Below, piece by piece: positions 58,401 through 62,915 of a DNA stretch of 62,915 nucleotides. The stretch comes from a virus. Its lineage: Duplodnaviria > Caudoviricetes. The stretch is taken from positions 1 to 62,915 of IMG/VR virus record IMGVR_UViG_3300002920_000013; one strand, 5' to 3'. A program made the translations under genes and the position numbers. The notes under the pieces are model-generated. The model searched no databases, was not told the DNA's origin, and was given only the letters and a program-made list of their open reading frames with translations. Position 1 is the stretch's first letter. Each line of letters starts with the position of its first letter.

Positions 58401-59613
58401 AATAATATTTAATTCTACTTATGGAAAAAATTTTTCTGTTGTTTTTAGAACTATACTTAATAGTTTTATTCCTACACAAGTTTTATCTATATCAAATAAT
58501 TATGATCCTGATGAATATATTGATATAAATAATAATGATATTGTAGAAAGTTGGATTATGAAAGGAGGAACTGATTGGTGCAAAAATATTCTTGAAAATT
58601 TATCACTTGCAAGTATTTTTGATTTAATAAATGATAATCAATATAGTATAAATGACACTAATTTAAAAATTAAATTTATTAAAGAAGATAAAATCATAAA
58701 AAATGATACACTCTTTTATGTTGAAGATGAAAATAAGCCAAGTGAATACATAAATCACGAAATAATAGGATATGAATTAAAAGAAACAGGAAAACAAACT
58801 CTTTTATTAAGGCACCGTGGTTTTTATGAACCTCTTATAAATGATTTAATCTTATTTCAGAAGGAAGAAGATGAAGAAATAATAAAATTAAAAAATGATT
58901 CTTTATTATTAAGAAATACAAAAATTCTTAATACACTTGATATGCCATTGATGGTTCATAAAGTTGCGGATAGTGAAATATTAAAAATTGTTCAAAATGA
59001 TTCATATAAAAATTTATATCCATTTGTAGATGAAATTTCAATTGCAAGAGAAATAGGAGAGCCATTTTTAAATAATTTTGGAAAAAATTTTTATACAAAA
59101 TACATAAATACAAGAGAACATAATCTAATTGATGGATATTTTGAAGAAAAAGAAATAAAAGTCCCAATGTCAAAAATGTTAAAGGTTCCTGAAACAATAG
59201 TTATAGATATTTTTAAAAATATTTCTTACAAAATAGAAGGAAATAATATAGAATTTAATTTAAATTGGAGAGAAGAATTATTAGAAAAATTATTATTAGA
59301 AGATAATAATAAGAGTTTTCAGGAAATAAATGGTCTTGTAAATGATTTAAATCAATGGAGAAAAAATTATTATATTAAAAATATATTAGAATTATATGAA
59401 ATTTCTAAAATAGATATTTGGACTAAAAAATCTGAAATATTACAAGTGTTAAATAATTTAACATTAGAAGAAAGAGTTAAAAATGGATTTTTAAAAAATA
59501 GAGAAGGATTTAATACAGAAATAAATGTTGATGGTTCTGTGAAAATAACAAAAAAAATAGACCAAAAGAACACTCAAACATTTTTATTATTATTTACTAT
59601 TAAAAGAATTTAA
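52489..59613 (+). CDS. Very large putative virion structural protein
   Basis: Uninterrupted 2374-aa ORF in a late operon (RTNPKLTGNVK, PWITKWV..GTDARDN.YRLN). Confidence 0.6.
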   Translation: MSFYKIDFTRELVLYGKTTTWINLGRNPEHDNIDVVGEIKNQKFDIYAIIYPSTRTFNHWGTFKLVDKFPSPISSETNKFILKFDNTNKSCLNSLKSGLIIKNAYRLFNDSDKDFIPIELEIKDYYYEGDYIYVKIETNSSYFDVNSLNGIDEYFQIGEWDNNDILNWKINGRDVKDIIDTFYLLTNTYKINIKNLFDGREHNTTTTIDLLKTGFFSRKPKPGWIKIPYDSLQKNKVVPIRIDYDGEKDSHLCLKFLIFRVPKDNYDNPYFPNSSITPVKLLNISSSSPQPPESGKLFGLNTPTNGEKNPFIDFQVVDFFGYKNEQKNVELKTNNYLNREQPLYGNLLSKSLYRTNPKLTGNVKITIDSDEKIWLNSFDANNELSKSRYKKFKIKENSSYALDLMNFFKNTPKEIIFNLYELDNNFSSTKRELYKKYDNFYVMGAEQLKSKYYPEQYSYLAPLWVNKILPDYFIIFKINSTKIYENSQENFNDLIKNGKILKVFNLTKDSEIGKYLRNIQKNVKKPLEVNFEENSPTYWYGADIIQGTYTKKAEFLHDYYKNDQAIIEFEKYMTLGFERNSIICPNILNLEFLFDDKEAEDFTISQYIGLYVLENELCNFNISIDSENIDNNPIKNNSQILNNDYYITNENGIRLKIENSNEYIRKIEGELPPSNILLDNRFFYLKDKESFSRLIGIENDTLIIDKKKINLKNFLSIGDLSFQSFIDYRDGFAVLELLLDDIEEDNENIIKEGEELVFYDSRFIDDNKNNTYTLIFSKLVSSDIEIQVFTGHTELLTSIFVQPNENLSFQINVQDAKKYSLNSYIWITNGGEYKIIGIDYVHNKLEIENTGNAMDATPGTLVNNLNLICVNKPFLRKTFSLSSTNNYFLIDNRFKILYDTIPNVLDSYIIDVKENYYNLTKLNTASLNIDLELEKTEKNAKWKIIANSNGLQPGDWWDFPVYDPQENSYINVFSPEGSPEQVAQAIAGCINSFENIPIIAKNENRKVKLRTKEVGEKANAIQFERIPVKNSIARNISIFDWCNVSIKKDLEISNNIENTILNIKINDKYEFINDTTYYVKFIKTPTNAIFYIRKNADISNLTNAENSGELFIEYTNFLNLENYPFVIDTKDYSPGTYRCAFVFSSKLNKQNFIGGSDHKNNSFLIEEEKAKQIFNLNFVNKKILNINNKLLTLENTDGIRLGMKLYRNGVYLNSWVQKILGNTIKISNPINEYDNVDFSKSNFIGEEKYNLWAKTKKDSFHHIKKWNIQDSFCYVFPDYDSNSYILNISESKELNTNYDDILSLYDIFRLKLGIFSIFPISYIDFDHFSSNYSYIPDIEINNFYRKIFLKKDTWEEIELNEDYILEISEEIDNIEDILLKFQIFSGEEWLDLDTIQLKKCKNKIRFNTYFPLYSYDPLENPHRKENPNIIYEIFGFGNFQRNLTTKDEKILKIYSIRIKYIPNLVNIDNDIKVVLYKNYLEDKDIKNFTGFNSLNDIITQEDEIETKKLLGEEKFIEAFNYNKIDSEYFYLREPFTKEYCTLSKTTPWITKWVSDGTDARDNKYRLNVSKGFGINNLSPNSEIKIQLPELFTHEFFYLEGIPNSSNEELILSSKGYTFRKLNEKIGEKTFYEYLKEENSEIDWFSKFFIVGSPFLIKNKNVIKSREEKYTFLNKLYDNAYETIFRGVKIRFFSEKNLEDYRFSSVMRFIEEEPYKSANPINLEFIVNHKHKFILVLCSISLNDYRFNKYLNFLSLYCAKDNLKSCYQKQEEYNYNPLSFTGLELHSKSQNIKGIYPYDDYEWDNVTNQGAQQKNYMILRPRQGLMGSSFVDINDIKIPSKIYFDIKDLGTIVNIMIPDEIRFEFDIKPIEGIYKFNPNKDVVPIKNLYRNLRNNIYKSFEINTLSYSNDISSSINISKYNNVIDTNFDKDGIIFGLVNVYQRIDSSTSEIIERIHLFRQYSKGNIQILPNKIIFNSTYGKNFSVVFRTILNSFIPTQVLSISNNYDPDEYIDINNNDIVESWIMKGGTDWCKNILENLSLASIFDLINDNQYSINDTNLKIKFIKEDKIIKNDTLFYVEDENKPSEYINHEIIGYELKETGKQTLLLRHRGFYEPLINDLILFQKEEDEEIIKLKNDSLLLRNTKILNTLDMPLMVHKVADSEILKIVQNDSYKNLYPFVDEISIAREIGEPFLNNFGKNFYTKYINTREHNLIDGYFEEKEIKVPMSKMLKVPETIVIDIFKNISYKIEGNNIEFNLNWREELLEKLLLEDNNKSFQEINGLVNDLNQWRKNYYIKNILELYEISKIDIWTKKSEILQVLNNLTLEERVKNGFLKNREGFNTEINVDGSVKITKKIDQKNTQTFLLLFTIKRI

Positions 59614-59622
59614 TTTTTTAAT

Positions 59623-59630
59623 GATAAATA
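59623..59630 (+). promoter_or_regulatory. Putative late promoter
   Basis: GATAAATA 28 nt before the ATG at 59659. Confidence 0.6.
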
Positions 59631-59658
59631 AAATAAATAAAAAAAGAAAGAATTAGAG

Positions 59659-62600
59659 ATGTTAAACATCAAGAAAATATTAGAAAGCGATTCCATATCT
59701 ACACAAATTGAAAAAATAAATAGTAATTTAGAATTATTAGCAAGTGTTCTTGGACCAATGGGTCCTAGAGGCAAACAAGGAATCCCGGGGATTCCTGGAA
59801 AACCAGGTCCTATAGGTCCTACAGGTCCTACTGGTCCTACTGGTTCTTATGTAAATATAATTCCTTTTAGTATAAAATCAAATATTGATTTTGGACCTGG
59901 ATATGATGATAATCTAAATTGGCCTATAAATTCTTACAATTATTTAACAACTGAAATAGGAACCGATTTAAGTAATGCAGGACATATTTGGATAGACCAC
60001 AATAATTTTGGATACTGGAAATTTTTAACAAGTCCAGACCCCATTTATACAGGTTTAGATAGTGCATATAAAAATATGTCATCATTACCATACCCGCCAT
60101 CTGGAAAATATTTTTCAGGACCAGGTTGGTATTTTTATCCTCTTAATATTAAAGATGAAACTAATTCAACTGATGTATGGGTTAATGATATAACAAGTTA
60201 TTTAAAGCTTCCTGCTTGGCAAACAGGTCCAGGACCTTTTGATGAAACAAGTGCGCAACCTCTCACCGTTAAAAATGCAAGACTTATATCTAAATATGGC
60301 ACTGTTTGGATAACTTCGGGTTCATCAAAAAGTAGTGAAATTTCTAATTTAAATACACAAAAAATAAAAGATTGGGTAGATGACACATCAAGTTCAATAG
60401 CAAATAGTGCAAGATATGTTTCAGGTGTGGATAGAATATTTTTTAAACAATCTATTGATACTCTCCCACTTTTATCAAATATTACAGCAAGATTTTGGAC
60501 AGATTCATCTGGAACTTTATCTGCAAATCCAAGAGATGAAAATACAGACGAGCCATTTGCAGGATTAAGAGGAAAAAATTTTTGGACTGCTCCTATTTAT
60601 GGAATGAGTCTTGAAAATTATTCTCCTCTTCAATTTTGGTCTGAGGTGAGAGAAAGTAGTGCAACTAATACCATAGACAAAAAAATTCAATTTGGTTCTC
60701 TTGGATTATTTCAATATTCAAGTAAATCTTATTTAAGTCATACTAATTTAAGTTCTGGAAAAATAAGATATTTCACAAAATCAATTTTTAATTTTTCAAC
60801 AAGAACAATCACACCTATTGATGATTTTGCAATAGCACCAAATTATTTTAATTTAACTAATACTTGGAACTCAGGAGAAATTGTTTTTGATACAAAAAGG
60901 TTGCATACAACAAATCAATTCATTTGCCACGTACCTGAAGATATGTATAGGTCATCTGAATTGATATATTCTCCCTCTTCTTCTCCTTCTGAAAAACTTT
61001 GGAAAGATGATGATTCTCTTAAAAGAACCGTAACGCAAGGATTTATTTCTCTATTAAATTCAAAAAGTTTATTTAAAAATGAAGATGAATTAAATTTTGG
61101 TAATCATATAAATACCCCAGACCCAAATTATGGACAAAATGCACGTGGTAACTATTCAAGAAATATTTGGTATGGTTCAGCGGCAATGTATAAGCCAAAT
61201 AAATGGGACGAATTTTTAGACCAAGACAACAATACAGAAAGTGATTTTAAATATAATGATAAAATATTTAGATTTGCAGGAATGTTAGAGAGAGGTAAAA
61301 AAACAAAAGGACCTGCAACAAGTTCAAACACATTATATTTAAGTGAATTACTTTTTTATACCTCACATTTTGAAAGTACAGAAAATAATGTAAAAAGTGA
61401 TAGTAATGATTTTGATTTAACAAATAATGCTCAAAAATCACATCCAAGTATTTATTTTTCACCATTTAGGTCTTTTGGTGTTGGAACATTTACAAACAAT
61501 AATGAAGGAGTATTTGAACCTCTTGGACGTTCGCATATTCATACTAAAAAAATAACTTTTGATTTAGACCCTGCAGGAATTTTTAAAAATATTTCAGGCG
61601 CAACAGGAACGTTTTCAGATTATCCAAAAAATATATGGAAAGGAGGAGTATTTACAAAACCTTTTGATACAAATTCATTAGATATTTATTTAGGTGAATT
61701 AGATGTTCCAAATGCAGAAGATGCAGACCCACTAAAAAATGGTTTAGAAATTACAAAACCTAAAGGTTCTTTGGATTCAATAATTAGGAGAGATTCTGTT
61801 GTAAAATCTGGAACTAATAAATATGCTATTTTTAGATTTGGTGTAAGACCAACAATTTATGATAATTTAAATTTACAAGAATCAGGAATAAATGCAAATG
61901 AATTTTCAAACACATTTGGATTAAATATTTCACCACTTAATCCAGGAAATACTTTTTCTAAAACATTAACACCTATTGGTGTTGGTATTCATTCTCTCTA
62001 TCCAAAATCAAGAATTCATCTTTTTGGAAAAATAATAAATACACAACTAAATGAAGAAACAAACACACTTGGTGAAGCCCTAACTGCGGGTCAAACAAAA
62101 TTATCTTCAAGCTTTTATCCAAAAAATCAACCTTCAGGAGGACAAATTTCAATTGATTATTTAGAAGATGAAGGATTATACAATACTAAAATAAATGAAT
62201 ATAGTTATGAAATTTGGGAACCTTCTGGAACAGGAGAATCAATAACAGGTAGTTCTTCTTCAAACTCTGCTAATTATCCTTTTAATGAAATTTTAAAACC
62301 TACAAGAGAACATCTTCCTTGGACTTATTCTACAAAAAATAGTCATTTTTCAAGCACAAATTTACCTCACGGATTAGGAAAAACAATAAATTATATTGAT
62401 TCTTATATAGGATTTAATGTTTATAGAAATCTTACAAAAGAAGGAGATACAAAAGGAGCATTTTGGAGAACAGGAATAAATGTAAAAGATGATTCACAAA
62501 ATGGTGGTAGTTTAATCTATTCTACAAATGATGGCAATCTTTTTATATCAAATATAAAAAATGATTGGAATAGAGGAATAAATTATGCTTGGGAACAAGA

Positions 62601-62915
62601 ATTAACAATAAGAGATATTCTGAATCTTACAAATTTTGTATTTGAAAAAAATGCAAATTTTGGTATAAACACAATGCCTGGATATGATAAAAATGCATAT
62701 CCAAGTCTTGAAAGAGATATTGCATCAGGAAAAATTTTATATCTTCCAACAGGAGTTGAACCATTAGAAAGTGTAAAAAATCATTCTCCTGCAAATTATG
62801 ATAGTAGTACAAGTTTATTAAACAAATCAAATTTATTACCTTATGGGTATGTAAATTATTCAGCTTTAAATAGTAGTAGTATCACTGCTTTTTCTGAAAC
62901 TCCTACTGATTCTCC
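59659..62915 (+). CDS. Tail-fibre-like protein with collagen segment, truncated by the window end
   Basis: MLNIKKILESDSISTQIEKINSNLELL, 11 Gly-X-Y triplets, and later FGVGT, VGIHSLYPKSRIHL and NFGINT fibre motifs. The frame was open in every stretch I translated up to the window end. Not in the ORF track. Confidence 0.8.
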   Translation, partial: MLNIKKILESDSISTQIEKINSNLELLASVLGPMGPRGKQGIPGIPGKPGPIGPTGPTGPTGSYVNIIPFSIKSNIDFGPGYDDNLNWPINSYNYLTTEIGTDLSNAGHIWIDHNNFGYWKFLTSPDPIYTGLDSAYKNMSSLPYPPSGKYFSGPGWYFYPLNIKDETNSTDVWVNDITSYLKLPAWQTGPGPFDETSAQPLTVKNARLISKYGTVWITSGSSKSSEISNLNTQKIKDWVDDTSSSIANSARYVSGVDRIFFKQSIDTLPLLSNITARFWTDSSGTLSANPRDENTDEPFAGLRGKNFWTAPIYGMSLENYSPLQFWSEVRESSATNTIDKKIQFGSLGLFQYSSKSYLSHTNLSSGKIRYFTKSIFNFSTRTITPIDDFAIAPNYFNLTNTWNSGEIVFDTKRLHTTNQFICHVPEDMYRSSELIYSPSSSPSEKLWKDDDSLKRTVTQGFISLLNSKSLFKNEDELNFGNHINTPDPNYGQNARGNYSRNIWYGSAAMYKPNKWDEFLDQDNNTESDFKYNDKIFRFAGMLERGKKTKGPATSSNTLYLSELLFYTSHFESTENNVKSDSNDFDLTNNAQKSHPSIYFSPFRSFGVGTFTNNNEGVFEPLGRSHIHTKKITFDLDPAGIFKNISGATGTFSDYPKNIWKGGVFTKPFDTNSLDIYLGELDVPNAEDADPLKNGLEITKPKGSLDSIIRRDSVVKSGTNKYAIFRFGVRPTIYDNLNLQESGINANEFSNTFGLNISPLNPGNTFSKTLTPIGVGIHSLYPKSRIHLFGKIINTQLNEETNTLGEALTAGQTKLSSSFYPKNQPSGGQISIDYLEDEGLYNTKINEYSYEIWEPSGTGESITGSSSSNSANYPFNEILKPTREHLPWTYSTKNSHFSSTNLPHGLGKTINYIDSYIGFNVYRNLTKEGDTKGAFWRTGINVKDDSQNGGSLIYSTNDGNLFISNIKNDWNRGINYAWEQELTIRDILNLTNFVFEKNANFGINTMPGYDKNAYPSLERDIASGKILYLPTGVEPLESVKNHSPANYDSSTSLLNKSNLLPYGYVNYSALNSSSITAFSETPTDS
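59752..59850 (+). repeat. Collagen-like (Gly-X-Y)11 coding repeat
   Basis: GPM GPR GKQ GIP GIP GKP GPI GPT GPT GPT GSY. Confidence 0.9.

Noticed and set aside
367-62830. The many short minus-strand ORFs in the track (e.g. 367..684, 9746..10492, 10718..11083, 26256..26534, 60198..60386)
   Set aside because: They are antisense shadows of long + strand genes with F/S/I/L-rich composition. Only 1629..2159 and 2364..3317 occupy their own space and have motifs.
1-62915. Stop-codon reassignment as seen in some large phages
   Set aside because: ORFs of over 2000 aa are intact in the standard code, and TAA, TAG and TGA all end genes. The two broken genes are explained by a local insertion and a frameshift.
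1-62915. tRNA, rRNA, introns or inteins
   Set aside because: No cloverleaf or rRNA-like segment was seen, intergenic gaps are almost all too short and AT-rich, and I recognised no homing-endonuclease or intein motifs. A covariance scan would be needed to exclude them fully.

Overview
This is a very AT-rich, densely coding segment of a T4-like (contractile-tail) jumbo bacteriophage, read with the standard genetic code and almost entirely on the + strand. It holds the head module (gp21-like prohead protease fused to a repeat-rich scaffold, gp23-like major capsid), neck and baseplate genes (gp13, gp25, gp6, gp7, gp53, gp27 and gp5-like) and several very large virion proteins. A collagen-bearing fibre runs off the right end and is missing from the ORF track. 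Non-structural genes include a dNMP kinase, a dCMP-hydroxymethylase-type thymidylate synthase homologue, three glycosyltransferases, a C5 DNA methyltransferase, PhoH, a bS1-like protein, an amidoligase and an ATP-grasp ligase. A DUF4494-like gene and SD-less A-rich start contexts suggest a Bacteroidota-type host. Main leads: (1) a set of enzyme-like proteins (three ART-like paralogues, a fourth ART-like protein, a zeta-like kinase, a SET-fold protein) sharing an N-terminal peptide that resembles the T4 capsid-targeting sequence, i.e. a candidate packaged-and-injected effector arsenal; (2) a candidate cytosine hypermodification pathway; (3) a variant late promoter, GATAAATA; (4) strong CATG avoidance; (5) three enzymes lacking catalytic residues (Nei, SET, Nudix); (6) a 60-bp fold-back insertion splitting the gp5-like gene and a frameshift splitting the hub gene, either of which could be an assembly artefact. 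All functional calls rest on motif recognition by eye; no database search was run.
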